Below, one piece after another: positions 7,170 to 16,995 of a DNA stretch of 64,000 nucleotides. Position numbers and translations under genes: made by a program. Below the pieces are notes generated by a model. That model was given only the letters and a program-made list of their open reading frames with translations, did no database searches and had not been told where the DNA came from. Where the stretch lies: contig CAZFHY010000008.1 in the NCBI GenBank assembly GCA_964519305.1, positions 1 through 64,000 on the forward strand. The letters run 5' to 3'. Origin of the DNA: Candidatus Undinarchaeota archaeon (GTDB taxonomy: Archaea; SpSt-1190; JASMDC01). Positions within the stretch are counted from its first letter, which is position 1. Each line of letters begins with the position of its first letter.

Positions 7170-7965
7170 GGACGCGGGTATGGGGCAGGACCGGTTCGTG
7201 ATGTCCTCGTACCTCATCCTCGGGTTCCTGACCCTGTACATGGCCATGCTCGTCGGCTCGCTCCTGACCCACACCGACCTGCCGACCATCATGGGGACCC
7301 TCATGTCCGCCGAGGTGCTGTACGCACTGAAGCTGAGCCTTATGACAGCGACCGTATCCACTGCCCTGTGCATCGTCGTTGCGGTCCCTGCGGCATACAT
7401 CCTCTCAAGGTCGGACTTCCGGGGAAAGGCGTTCGTGGACTCCCTGCTGGACCTGCCCATCGTCGTCCCGCCGGTCGCCCTGGGTGCCATGCTACTCCTC
7501 TTCTTCAACACGTCTCTCGGTCGTGGTATCGAGGCAGGGACTCTCGCGCTCATGTTCGAGCGACCGGGCATCGTGCTCGCCCAGTTCACCGTCATCACGG
7601 GGCTTGCGCTCAGGCTCCTGAAGAACACGTTCGACCTCATCGATCCGGGGTTCGAGGACCTAGCACGGACACTGGGGTACACACGGTTCCAGGCGTTCGC
7701 CCATGTCACCCTGCCGCTGGCGCAGCGCGGGATCTTCGCCTCCATCGTCCTGGTCTGGGCACGTGCGTTCGGTGAGTACGGGGCGACCATCACCTTCGCC
7801 GGAGCGACCACCATGAAGACCGAGACGCTGCCGGTCGCCATCTACCTGAACCTGGCCACTGCGAACGTGGCCGCGACGATATCCATCGTGCTCATCCTCA
7901 TCGCCGTGGGCTTCGGCGTGCTCGCGTGCCTTAGACTTGTGGGAAAGGAGGTCCGGACGCTATGA
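7162..7965 (+). CDS. modB: molybdate/tungstate ABC transporter permease
   Basis: DLPIVVPP, ARTLG EAA loop and WARAFGEYGAT; start at ATG 7162 (7180 is the alternative). Confidence 0.9.
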   Translation: MGKDAGMGQDRFVMSSYLILGFLTLYMAMLVGSLLTHTDLPTIMGTLMSAEVLYALKLSLMTATVSTALCIVVAVPAAYILSRSDFRGKAFVDSLLDLPIVVPPVALGAMLLLFFNTSLGRGIEAGTLALMFERPGIVLAQFTVITGLALRLLKNTFDLIDPGFEDLARTLGYTRFQAFAHVTLPLAQRGIFASIVLVWARAFGEYGATITFAGATTMKTETLPVAIYLNLATANVAATISIVLILIAVGFGVLACLRLVGKEVRTL

Positions 7966-9071
7966 TCAAGGTCGAGAAGTTGAGCGCGCAGCGGGGCACA
8001 TTCTCGCTCGACGACATCTCGCTCACCGTAGCGAACGGCGAGTACCTGACCATCCTCGGGCCCACGGGCAGCGGTAAGACCATGCTGCTGCGGGCGATCG
8101 TTGGCCTCCAGTCGATCGACTCGGGTAGACTGATGGTGGACGGTACGGACGTGGCCGGCCTACCACCGGAGGACCGGGGGATGGGATACGTCCCCCAGGA
8201 GCACGTGCTCTTCCCGTTCCTCGACGTGTCAGGGAACATAGCTTTCGGTCTGCGCAACCACAGCGGGAGCATGACAGAGAAAGATGTCCGGACGAAGGTC
8301 AGGGAGGTCGCGGAACTTGTCGGGATATCCCAACTCCTCGACCGGGACGTCCGCTCGTTGAGCGGCGGTGAGAAGCAGCGCGTGTCACTGGCGCGCGCCA
8401 TCGTGACCGAACCGTCGATCCTCCTGCTGGACGAGCCCATGTCTTCGCTGGACCACCAGACCAAGGAGGTCCTGTGGCGGACGATCAGACGCATCCACCG
8501 CAAGCTCGATATCCCGATCATCCACGTGACCCATGACTTCGAGGAGGCCTACCTGCTCAGCGACCGTATCGGGATCTTGGACGGAGGTCGGATCATCCAT
8601 ATCGGCAGCAAGGACGAGACGTTCTACCGCCCCAAGGATTCGCGTGTCGCGTCCTTTGTGGGGATCAAGAACATCTATCCCTGCAAGGTCAGATCGGTCT
8701 CGAAGAAGGATGGTACGGTCTTTGAGTGGCGGGGCCGGGAGTTCGTGGCCGCGGAGTGCAAGGTCGATCCCGGAGAAGATGCATCATTCTGCATCCATCC
8801 TACACAGGTCATGATCATCCCCACCGACCGGGAGCCGGAACCGAGGGAGAACACGCTCAAGGGCAGGATAGTGGACGAGTTCTTCCGTGGGCCGACCGTG
8901 ACCCTCTTCTACCGGATCGAGGGCTCGGAGAACGAGCACGATCTTGAGATAGACATCTCGGACTTCACCTACCACAGGTTCAAGCTGGACAGTATGAAGG
9001 ACGTTGATATCTACCTCAGGAAGGCGGCGGTCCATATATTCCCTGACGGGAATGGTGGGAAAGGTACCTGA
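7962..9071 (+). CDS. modC: molybdate/tungstate ABC transporter ATPase with C-terminal TOBE region
   Basis: GPTGSGKT, LSGGEKQR, LLLDEP and HVTHD motifs. Confidence 0.9.
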   Translation: MIKVEKLSAQRGTFSLDDISLTVANGEYLTILGPTGSGKTMLLRAIVGLQSIDSGRLMVDGTDVAGLPPEDRGMGYVPQEHVLFPFLDVSGNIAFGLRNHSGSMTEKDVRTKVREVAELVGISQLLDRDVRSLSGGEKQRVSLARAIVTEPSILLLDEPMSSLDHQTKEVLWRTIRRIHRKLDIPIIHVTHDFEEAYLLSDRIGILDGGRIIHIGSKDETFYRPKDSRVASFVGIKNIYPCKVRSVSKKDGTVFEWRGREFVAAECKVDPGEDASFCIHPTQVMIIPTDREPEPRENTLKGRIVDEFFRGPTVTLFYRIEGSENEHDLEIDISDFTYHRFKLDSMKDVDIYLRKAAVHIFPDGNGGKGT

Positions 9072-9182
9072 TACTTAAGCCGTTAATTCGGTTATCCGGT
9101 CGCTCCGAACGGAGTGTCACTGCCCAGTAAAGACAACCTTTATATAGCCGCCTGCCCCCGGAACCGCCCCGGAGGACCTGAC

Positions 9183-10136
9183 TTGTACTGTGCATCGGAC
9201 ATCGACCTGGAATCCGACGGGTACGGTGGCTCGAATGCTGCTGAGAGCACGATAGCATCACAGGACCTCCAGTGCTCCAAGGTCACCCGGTACCTTCTCC
9301 AGGCGGCTACTCTGGTCGGTGCCTCTTACGGACTTGACGTGTTCTGCTCCTACATGGTCAGCCGCTCCGGTAACTGGATGCAGGATCCCGGAGAGTACCT
9401 CACTCCTGAAGCCCAGACCAGGGTCGCGGAGGCAGTGGACGCCGAGGACGTATGGGCGGAAGTAGGCAAGGACCTCTCGTCTTACTCTGCAACGGACCTC
9501 GTGGAACGTGTGCATGAGAAGGTGATGGGCCACCTTGATTTCGATTGGGACTATACGTGCACAGGTGTTGACAACGCCTTGGCAGAACAGGAGGGCATCT
9601 GCTTCGACTACGCAGGCATGACCTACGGAACGCTACTGAAGCTCGCTTCCGACCATCCCGAGCTTGCCGATCATCTCGAGGACGTGCGTTGGGCCTTCGG
9701 GGTGCGGGGTGAAGAAGCCACCCAGCATTCCTGGCTACAGGTGCGTGGCGATGATGGGGCATGGCATGATTACGAGACCGCTGTTGACGTGGTCACTCCC
9801 AACTGGGACCATGCGGAAGTGCTCCGTACCAATCCACCGCTGGATCGCGGCGGTTACAGCCTCATCGGTGCCCTTCAGATGGATGTCGACGGGGCGATCG
9901 AACGTGATGTCGAGTGGGGGAACGTCCTCCTGCCCAAGGCAGGTGCGGGCGAGGGCATGGTGAACCGCTATGAGCAGCTCTCGGGTCATGATATACCCAA
10001 CGACATCGAGGCCTACATCCCTGAAACGCTCGCCATAACAGCTGCTGGCCTCGGTATCGCACGCGGGGTAAAGCTCTCACTGAAGGCCGCCGGGAGCCTC
10101 GTTCGCGGACGTGACCGGGACAAGGAGAAGGAATAG
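9183..10136 (+). CDS. membrane-associated transglutaminase-like (Cys-His-Asp/Glu) protein
   Basis: GICFDYA, HSWLQV and WHDYET motifs; TTG start after GGAGG and TTTATATAG. Confidence 0.65.
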   Translation: MYCASDIDLESDGYGGSNAAESTIASQDLQCSKVTRYLLQAATLVGASYGLDVFCSYMVSRSGNWMQDPGEYLTPEAQTRVAEAVDAEDVWAEVGKDLSSYSATDLVERVHEKVMGHLDFDWDYTCTGVDNALAEQEGICFDYAGMTYGTLLKLASDHPELADHLEDVRWAFGVRGEEATQHSWLQVRGDDGAWHDYETAVDVVTPNWDHAEVLRTNPPLDRGGYSLIGALQMDVDGAIERDVEWGNVLLPKAGAGEGMVNRYEQLSGHDIPNDIEAYIPETLAITAAGLGIARGVKLSLKAAGSLVRGRDRDKEKE

Positions 10137-10254
10137 ACCTTCGTCTACCGGACAATATCGGTCCAATTATTCGCACTTTCAAGATATGGAGTTAGGCTGC
10201 CCGAAAGGAAAGGTTTATTAGGTGGGCCTCACAGTTAGGTGTCACTAAAGTCGA

Positions 10255-10653
10255 GTGGTGAAAGACATGTACGGTATGGACCTTGAAACGGACGGTGACG
10301 CTGTTGCGCTCGGGACCGAGGATTACTGCGCGGTCGATGACCTCGATAAGACCAACTATGCGGGTGCCATCATCGGTGGGATTTCCGGGGCGGTCGCAGG
10401 AGTGGCCATCGCACCGACCGTGAACTACGTCGCTAACGAGACCATGTGGGCGGTCACGAACCCCGGCTGGCATCCTCCTGACTGGCAGATGTGGAAGGAC
10501 ATCACCTATCTCGCTATGCTGCCCCAGGCCGCCCTCGCTTCGAGCGTCTCTGGCAGCGTCATCGGTGCCTACATGGGCGACAGGTTCCTTGGCGACCATG
10601 AGGGTGGCGAGCGTCCTGCCGAGGATGCGGACTTACCCGTGTATATCATGTAA
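10255..10653 (+). CDS. hypothetical Gly/Ala-rich membrane protein
   Basis: two hydrophobic glycine-zipper-like segments; upstream TTTATTA; downstream hairpin. Confidence 0.7.
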   Translation: MVKDMYGMDLETDGDAVALGTEDYCAVDDLDKTNYAGAIIGGISGAVAGVAIAPTVNYVANETMWAVTNPGWHPPDWQMWKDITYLAMLPQAALASSVSGSVIGAYMGDRFLGDHEGGERPAEDADLPVYIM

Positions 10654-10657
10654 ATGA

Positions 10658-10700
10658 GGGGCGAGGGGCCGTCAAGGCCCCCCGCGTTCTTCCTTCTCTC
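10658..10700. terminator. GC-rich hairpin between convergent genes
   Basis: ggggcc-gtcaa-ggcccc stem followed by a pyrimidine run. Confidence 0.4.
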
Positions 10701-10703
10701 ACG

Positions 10704-11486
10704 TCACGCTGACGTGAACGTCCCCTGCAGCTGGTCTATGGCGGCCTGCTTCGTAGCGAGCTGCTCCTCGAGGTTCGCCATCTGGTGCTTGACGTACAGG
10801 TCACCGAAGAACGGTACCTTCGCCCAAAAGCTGTCCTGTATCTCCTGGGTCTGTGTCTCCTGCTCGTTCTCCACCATCTGGTCGAGCTGTGCGTACAGGC
10901 CCGGATCGTCCAGGCCGAGGACAACTGCAGTGTTCCCCGTCGTGTCAGAGTAGCACGCCAGGTTATCCAGTAGGTCGTACACCACTGTGGTCGTGTCGAG
11001 CCCCGAGACGGTCTGCTGGATGCCGGAGACGTCATCCAACGCGTCCAGGTTCCCGACAAGGTTCCCGGGGAGGCACCCGTACGCCTGGATGTTCACCGAG
11101 AGCGTGTCGGTGTTCCGGGTTACGGTGTTCGGTCCGGCCGAGAGGGACTCCTTCGAGACGTTCTCCCGCTGGACGAACTTGTAGCCCGGTCCGAACCCGA
11201 TTAGGGTGAGGTATCCCTCCACCTGTGCGTGTATACCGAGCTCTTCGCACTGGTCCTCGACATCCGACAAGGTGTTCAGCAGGTCGTGTTCCGTCACGCC
11301 CGACTCGTGCATCGTTCCGCTCCCCCTCATGAGGGAGTAGGCGATGCTCGTCTCTGTTCCAGCGTACACATTCTGCAATCCATTATTGGAGGCAACTGCG
11401 CCGCCGATCGCATCCAGGAACTCGCAGGTGTCGTTGGACACCGCGTCCTCATAGGGCATGTGTACGCGTTCATTCTCAAGGTACAT
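10704..11486 (-). CDS. hypothetical acidic protein with C-terminal coiled coil
   Basis: 260-aa ORF, AGGTGA RBS, upstream TATAAAAG. Confidence 0.7.
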   Translation of the reverse strand: MYLENERVHMPYEDAVSNDTCEFLDAIGGAVASNNGLQNVYAGTETSIAYSLMRGSGTMHESGVTEHDLLNTLSDVEDQCEELGIHAQVEGYLTLIGFGPGYKFVQRENVSKESLSAGPNTVTRNTDTLSVNIQAYGCLPGNLVGNLDALDDVSGIQQTVSGLDTTTVVYDLLDNLACYSDTTGNTAVVLGLDDPGLYAQLDQMVENEQETQTQEIQDSFWAKVPFFGDLYVKHQMANLEEQLATKQAAIDQLQGTFTSA

Positions 11487-11702
11487 TTCATTTCACCTGC
11501 GGCCTCCGACCGGCGATAGTCTTTTATAGTTATCGTAGGTATGCTGCGCGGTATCTACGTTATTCGAGTAATATTACCTAAATGGGACATATATTCGCAA
11601 ACCCCACACAAATGGGACATGGCCAATCCGTCAATATTCACTACCACTGAGTAACAACAAATACCGGAACATATATATACTGGAAATGCCTACTATACTC
11701 TA

Positions 11703-12413
11703 ATGGCGTCCGGCAATAGGGAGGTCGACGATTTCATGGCCTCCTTGGGGATCAGCACTGAAGAGCTGGACCAGTTGCAGATCATGACGGACGATGGCTG
11801 GCAATCATCCTCGTCATACGATCCTAAAAGATGGGACGGAAAGAAGGAGACCCGGACAAAACCATCTTATGGTCTGACGCCCACCAAGGACAATTCATCT
11901 TCCACCTCGCTAAGTGACCTGGCGATGGACGAGCGGCTGGATATGTACGCTGGTATCAATGTGGGAGGGAACCACCTCATACACGTGACGACGGACGCTG
12001 GTGTAGAAGGTATCCTGAAGGACGGATACATGAAGGCCGGGAACGCCCAGAAGTACGCGAGCGAGAAGGGCGCCCGATATGGACGGCCCATCGGCAAGGG
12101 CATCTATACCCTTGATACTCACGACGATCCTTCTCTTGATCAGATACTAACGCCCAACTTCCTGGGTTTCGCTTTCGAGAAATTACACAACGAGGGGCTC
12201 CGGGTACTGAGGATCCCGAAGTACAACGCGACCTCGGGAAGTAGCCTAAGATATGACTTCCCGTCACGTCCGGACCCTGGAGAGCACGGATACGCCATCA
12301 TCCAGCAACAGCAGCTCCCCTACGACAAGGTGGAGACGCTTGCCTTCAATGGAGCAGGAAAGCTCGAATGGGCACCTATCTCGGAGATCGCGTCCGGAAG
12401 TTACTCGCTCTAG
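11703..12413 (+). CDS. putative ADP-ribosyltransferase-fold protein
   Basis: HVTT..GVEGILKDG and GKGIY motifs typical of His/Tyr-type ART folds; TATA 11671-11680. Confidence 0.5.
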   Translation: MASGNREVDDFMASLGISTEELDQLQIMTDDGWQSSSSYDPKRWDGKKETRTKPSYGLTPTKDNSSSTSLSDLAMDERLDMYAGINVGGNHLIHVTTDAGVEGILKDGYMKAGNAQKYASEKGARYGRPIGKGIYTLDTHDDPSLDQILTPNFLGFAFEKLHNEGLRVLRIPKYNATSGSSLRYDFPSRPDPGEHGYAIIQQQQLPYDKVETLAFNGAGKLEWAPISEIASGSYSL

Positions 12414-12588
12414 GTTCTTTCGGAAAACCCGTAAGAAAACGTTGTACTCGGTCCAAATACCGTACAAATCCGAGACGTTCTTAATAACAATTAATAAATT
12501 ATATTAAGGAGAAGCCCCATAATAATCAACAGGGCATTTGCCCTATCGTGACCAAACCGCCTTTGCCTTCCCCTCTCCTTTTCTCTTT

Positions 12589-13311
12589 CTACCCGCCAGG
12601 GAGAAGACCGTCGCTCTTCATGACAGAGACGGCAGAATCTACGACCGAACGGGGGCCGCGGACGTGCACTGACACTTCGCCCGACCGCGGGTAGATGCCG
12701 ATGTTAGCCCCTGTCTCACGAGCGATCGAGGCGATGGCCTCCGCCACGGTGGACTCGTCCTTCGTAACGAGAATGCCTTCCCACATGACCTCGTCCCGCA
12801 CCTCTACCGGTGGGAACAGCTCGCCCAGAAAACGGATCAGCTCCGCGGGCACACCCGGAAGAAGGTACACATCGAGCCCATCGGACTCCAAGCGGATGGC
12901 AGGGGCAACGCCAGCATGGTTCCTGATGGGAATACCGCCTTCGGGAACCCTGGCCATACGACGGCGCACGTCCGTGATGTCGCCCTTGCCCCTGCTCCGG
13001 TAGGCCTCAGAGACCCACTCCTCGACCCGGGGATCGATGGAAACGGGAAGGGAGAGCGCGCTCGCAACGGCATCGATAGTGATATCATCATGCGTGGGGC
13101 CCAGACCTCCTGACACGACCAGTATGTCCGAAACTTCCCGTGCATGATTGACCTCTGCAGAGATGTCATCGAGGTCATCACCGACCACCGACTGTCGGAC
13201 GATATGGATGCCGGCGCCAACGAGCGCACGGGCGATCTCGGTGGCGTTCGTGTTGACTATCTCACCACGAAGGACCTCATCACCGACGCATAGCACGGTC
13301 GCGCGGAACAT
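12589..13311 (-). CDS. cinA: CinA-like molybdopterin-binding (MocF) domain protein
   Basis: VGDEVLRGEIVNTN, SGGLGPTHDDIT and LPGVPAE motifs; start at MFRAT. Confidence 0.88.
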   Translation of the reverse strand: MFRATVLCVGDEVLRGEIVNTNATEIARALVGAGIHIVRQSVVGDDLDDISAEVNHAREVSDILVVSGGLGPTHDDITIDAVASALSLPVSIDPRVEEWVSEAYRSRGKGDITDVRRRMARVPEGGIPIRNHAGVAPAIRLESDGLDVYLLPGVPAELIRFLGELFPPVEVRDEVMWEGILVTKDESTVAEAIASIARETGANIGIYPRSGEVSVHVRGPRSVVDSAVSVMKSDGLLPGG

Positions 13312-13363
13312 GATGAGGACGATCCCAGCAACACATAAAACGGTGAGGGTAGAATGGGAGGTC

Positions 13364-14074
13364 GTGGCGGAGCATGACGACCTCGAGCGTCTGGAGATCT
13401 CGTGCAGGTTCAGCGAGAAGCACGAGGACTGGGATGAGGCGGCCGAGGGATGGGAGGTGTTCGCGGCTCTCCAAGGTGAGCAGAATGCCTGGGACAAGGC
13501 CGCAGAAGCGCTCGAACATGCAGCCGTCGACTGGCGCAAGGCAGGACTGGAAGATGAAGAGAACGGTGCCTGGCGCAAGGCCGCGAACGCATGGGAGCGA
13601 GCGGAGCAGATCGACAAGGCAGCGGTCGCCGCGGAGAACGCACGCGACTGGAACCGGGCCATAGGCCATTGGCGGACATTGGAGAACGAGGATGACCTGG
13701 CGAAGGCGTTGGAGAAGGCCCGTCTCTGGGAGGAGGCCGCCCCTCTATGGGAGAAGAAGGGTGACTGGAAAAGGGCAGCCCGGGATTGGGAGCACACTAA
13801 GGAGTGGGGGAAGGCAGCAGCTGCATGGGAAAAGGCCGAGTTCCCGGCTGCAGCGGCCGACCTGTATGAGCGTGTGGGCAACGCGGACGCAGTGAGCCGT
13901 CTGTTGGCCACGGTGGCAGAGAAGCGGGCAGAGGCACAACGGCTCGAGGTTAGGGAGAAGTTCGAAGAGGCATCGAAACTGTGGGAACACGTGGGCGAGA
14001 TCGAGCGTGCCAACCTCTGCGTACGCCAGCACAACCTGCGTCTGGAGAAGGAGCGCTCGCGTCAAGTTTTATAA
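13364..14074 (+). CDS. Trp-rich alpha-helical repeat (TPR/solenoid-like) protein
   Basis: repeated W.KAA..WE.A units; GTG start after GGAGGT. Confidence 0.7.
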   Translation: MAEHDDLERLEISCRFSEKHEDWDEAAEGWEVFAALQGEQNAWDKAAEALEHAAVDWRKAGLEDEENGAWRKAANAWERAEQIDKAAVAAENARDWNRAIGHWRTLENEDDLAKALEKARLWEEAAPLWEKKGDWKRAARDWEHTKEWGKAAAAWEKAEFPAAAADLYERVGNADAVSRLLATVAEKRAEAQRLEVREKFEEASKLWEHVGEIERANLCVRQHNLRLEKERSRQVL

Positions 14075-14230
14075 ACGATCTCGACACTTTCATGAAACAA
14101 GGAACCTGCTTCTAGGTACTACCTTAGTGCTCTAATTCTTAACATCGTGATATGTCTTATCAAAATACATATCCTTTAAAAACGATGAACGGAATCTCAT
14201 CTCTTACCCCAGTCTGATAGGTGAGAGGGA

Positions 14231-15301
14231 ATGGACTTCATTATAGAAAATGCCTTGAAGAACACGCGTGAAGAACCGGATTTCATGAACGCCGTAGGAG
14301 CACCCCGCATATTCGTTGTCGGGTGTGGCGGTGCCGGTAACAACAGCATACACCGGCTCCATAACATGGGCATAAGCGGCGCTGAGATCATCGCGATCAA
14401 CACGGATAAGCAGCACCTGGACAACAGGCATGCGGACACTAAGATCCTTATCGGGGCCGAGGTCACTCGCGGTCTCGGTGCCGGCGGATTCCCGGATGTC
14501 GGGAAGAAGGCGGCCGAGGAGTCCAAGCATGAGCTCCAGGAAGCATTAGGGAACGCTGACCTCGTGTTCATCACGGCTGGTATGGGCGGCGGTACCGGGA
14601 CCGGCTCGGCACCTGTCGTTGGTGAGATCGCCCGCAACAAGGGTGCCATCGTGATCGGTGTCGTGACGATGCCTTTCTCCCTGGAGAGGGCACGTCGCAT
14701 GAAGGCCGAGACAGGGCTGTACGAACTGCGCAAGCAGGCCGACACGGTCATCGTCATCGAGAACAACCGGCTCGTCGAGGTCGCAGGCAAGCTCCCGCTC
14801 GGGCAAGCGTTCGCCGTGGCTGACGAGCTTATCGCCATGATGATAAAGGGAATCGTGGAGACCATCGCTGTCCCCTCGCTCATGAACCTCGACTACGCTG
14901 ACGTCAAGGCCATCATGCGCGATGGTGGCGTGGCCATGATCGGCGTTGGCGAGGCCACGGGCGAGAAGAAGGCCCATGACGCTCTCCAGAAGGCGCTGAC
15001 CACACCGCTCATCGATGTGGACTACAAGGGCGCGTCCGGTGCTCTCGTTCATGTCACCGGTGGGCCCGACCTGACCCTTGCCGAGGCGAACGAGATCGGA
15101 GACCTGGTGAGCCACAATCTGGACGCTTCAGCTGGCGTCATCTGGGGCGCGCGGGTCGACGACGACATGGAGGGTCGCATCAGGGTGATCACGATCATCA
15201 CCGGTGTGAACTCGACCTGTATACTCGGAGCGAACCAGGTACAGGATGAGAAGACGGACGTTTCAGGCCACTTCAAGGACATCGGCCTGGACATGATCTA
15301 G
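14231..15301 (+). CDS. ftsZ: cell division protein FtsZ (probably archaeal FtsZ2 type)
   Basis: GCGGAGNN, GMGGGTGTG and NLDYADV motifs. Confidence 0.97.
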   Translation: MDFIIENALKNTREEPDFMNAVGAPRIFVVGCGGAGNNSIHRLHNMGISGAEIIAINTDKQHLDNRHADTKILIGAEVTRGLGAGGFPDVGKKAAEESKHELQEALGNADLVFITAGMGGGTGTGSAPVVGEIARNKGAIVIGVVTMPFSLERARRMKAETGLYELRKQADTVIVIENNRLVEVAGKLPLGQAFAVADELIAMMIKGIVETIAVPSLMNLDYADVKAIMRDGGVAMIGVGEATGEKKAHDALQKALTTPLIDVDYKGASGALVHVTGGPDLTLAEANEIGDLVSHNLDASAGVIWGARVDDDMEGRIRVITIITGVNSTCILGANQVQDEKTDVSGHFKDIGLDMI

Positions 15302-15312
15302 GTCTGGAATTC

Positions 15313-15336
15313 GGCCGGGTCCTTAGGGGCCCGGCC
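15313..15336 (+). terminator. hairpin downstream of ftsZ
   Basis: GGCCGGGTCC-ttag-GGGCCCGGCC stem-loop. Confidence 0.55.
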
Positions 15337-15407
15337 ACCCTCTCCCCTGGTGGGATTAGCTTCTCCGACGCCATCTATTTATAGAATAGGCATACCTCTT
15401 TTTCCCA

Positions 15408-15959
15408 ATGGGTCGACTAGGTTTCCTGCATGCCCGAAAACTCCGGAGATCGCGGGAGGACCGTGAGCTCGGGGTCACAAAAGATGCTTCCCAGGAGCGG
15501 CCGGAGACCGAGGACGAGGTACGGGCCCGAAAGAAGCTCGAAGAACCCATCATAGCTGCCTGGGAGGATAGGCCGTCAGTAGATAAGCTCGCCGACTCGC
15601 TCGAGCAGGCCGCCAGCGACCTCGAGTCGATAGGGCGAGCACGAGAAGATCTCGGAGATCTCAAGGACGGTGGGTTTGAAGGACAGGGCCAGATGATGAA
15701 CGCGCGGTCCGAGCGCGCAGGTGAAGTCGGTGGACCTTCCAGGGAGCGACCTGTACGCGAACGCGGCCCTGGTGACGTCCAGGCGCCGGACGCAGCATTG
15801 CTCGAGGACCTTTCAGAGCAGCGGCGGTCGATACTCGCGCACCTTGAGGATATGCGCCAGCGGATAATCGACGACCCGCTCCTCTCGCAGGAGGATCGAG
15901 ATACTCTCTTGGGAAAGATCCAGCGTAAGATAAACGATACCCGTACGCTCAAAGGTTGA
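15408..15959 (+). CDS. hypothetical charged coiled-coil protein
   Basis: 183-aa ORF with upstream TATTTATAG. Confidence 0.6.
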   Translation: MGRLGFLHARKLRRSREDRELGVTKDASQERPETEDEVRARKKLEEPIIAAWEDRPSVDKLADSLEQAASDLESIGRAREDLGDLKDGGFEGQGQMMNARSERAGEVGGPSRERPVRERGPGDVQAPDAALLEDLSEQRRSILAHLEDMRQRIIDDPLLSQEDRDTLLGKIQRKINDTRTLKG

Positions 15960-16743
15960 GGAGCCTTCGTGCGTTCCCGCCGAGTATGAGCTCTTTCTCA
16001 TCCTTCTCAAGGGGAAGGATGTCGATCTTCATGCGCTCAACGCTCGGATGGGAGAAGGGTGAGTCGGACCCGAAGAGGATGCGCTCCGGACCGTACGCGG
16101 CCGCCGCGACCAGGATATCGGCGTGGACCGATGTAGATGTCTCGAAGTAGACATTGGGGATGTTACGGAGCTTCTCTCTCGTGCGGTCCTCGTGTCGGCC
16201 AAGGTGGCCTACGATTAGCTTGAGCTTGGGGAACTGGCGGGCAAGAGGGATGAACTTGATCGGTGTAGTAAAGCTCACGTCACCCCGGAGCCGGTCCTCG
16301 CTCGGTATGTACTCGCTGTGGATGAGCACGGGCATCCGTTCCTCCTCGGCTATACGGAGAATGTTGAAGAGGCGGGGGTCGTCGAGACCGAACGCCTGCG
16401 TGCGCGGATGAAGCTTGATGCCGAGCGCGCCCTTCTTGATGCAGCGCTTGAGCTCGCCCACGCCCTTGTTCTTCGGATTCAACCGGCAGAACGCGATCAG
16501 CCGCGGATGCTCGTCGCACGTATCGAAGATGAGATCGTTCTCGTTGTGGAATGTACCGTCCTTGCTCCGGCCGAAGGGGAAGATCACGGAGCGTTCGATG
16601 TCCGCAGCGTCCATTTTTTCGATGATGTCCTTGCCGTACTGCTTGAAGAGGAGCTCGTCAGGATTGAACTCGGTCTGCGGATGCTTGACCGGTTCGTCCG
16701 TTCGTCCGCCCTTCCCGATGTGGTTGTGGAAATCGATTATCAT
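15949..16743 (-). CDS. amidohydrolase family (Amidohydro_2) metallo-hydrolase
   Basis: IIDFHNH, GIKLHP, IVGHLG and ILFGSDSPF motifs; ATG 16743 is ~25 bp from a TATA box. Confidence 0.9.
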   Translation of the reverse strand: MIIDFHNHIGKGGRTDEPVKHPQTEFNPDELLFKQYGKDIIEKMDAADIERSVIFPFGRSKDGTFHNENDLIFDTCDEHPRLIAFCRLNPKNKGVGELKRCIKKGALGIKLHPRTQAFGLDDPRLFNILRIAEEERMPVLIHSEYIPSEDRLRGDVSFTTPIKFIPLARQFPKLKLIVGHLGRHEDRTREKLRNIPNVYFETSTSVHADILVAAAAYGPERILFGSDSPFSHPSVERMKIDILPLEKDEKELILGGNARRLLNL

Positions 16744-16995
16744 CGGACCTGTTGAATTGCTCACGATCTATATATAAAGGGTCAGGCTGGCGCCGGGGCT
16801 CGCGACCTTCGAAGATATTTCTACGTTTATCGTAGCACGGCAGTTACACGGGCACGTAAAACGCAATCTATAAAAAGCGGAAGGGGGGCGAAAGGACCTC
16901 TCAGGGGTCCGGAAAACTGCCTCATCCTCGGAATGACGGAGTATATACAGAAAATACCCAAGGGATTAAAGGAAGTGACCGGACCGGGGTAAGCG

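Noticed and set aside
12589-14034. 481-aa extended cinA ORF and other long antisense ORFs (for example 29653-30495, 34018-34923, 56244-57377)
   Set aside because: They are shadows of well-supported genes, caused by stop-codon scarcity in high-GC sequence.
16876-16925. Possible structured RNA in the intergenic region (GGACCT/GGGTCC hairpin with flanking stem)
   Set aside because: Short GC stems are expected by chance at this composition; no recognisable family motif.
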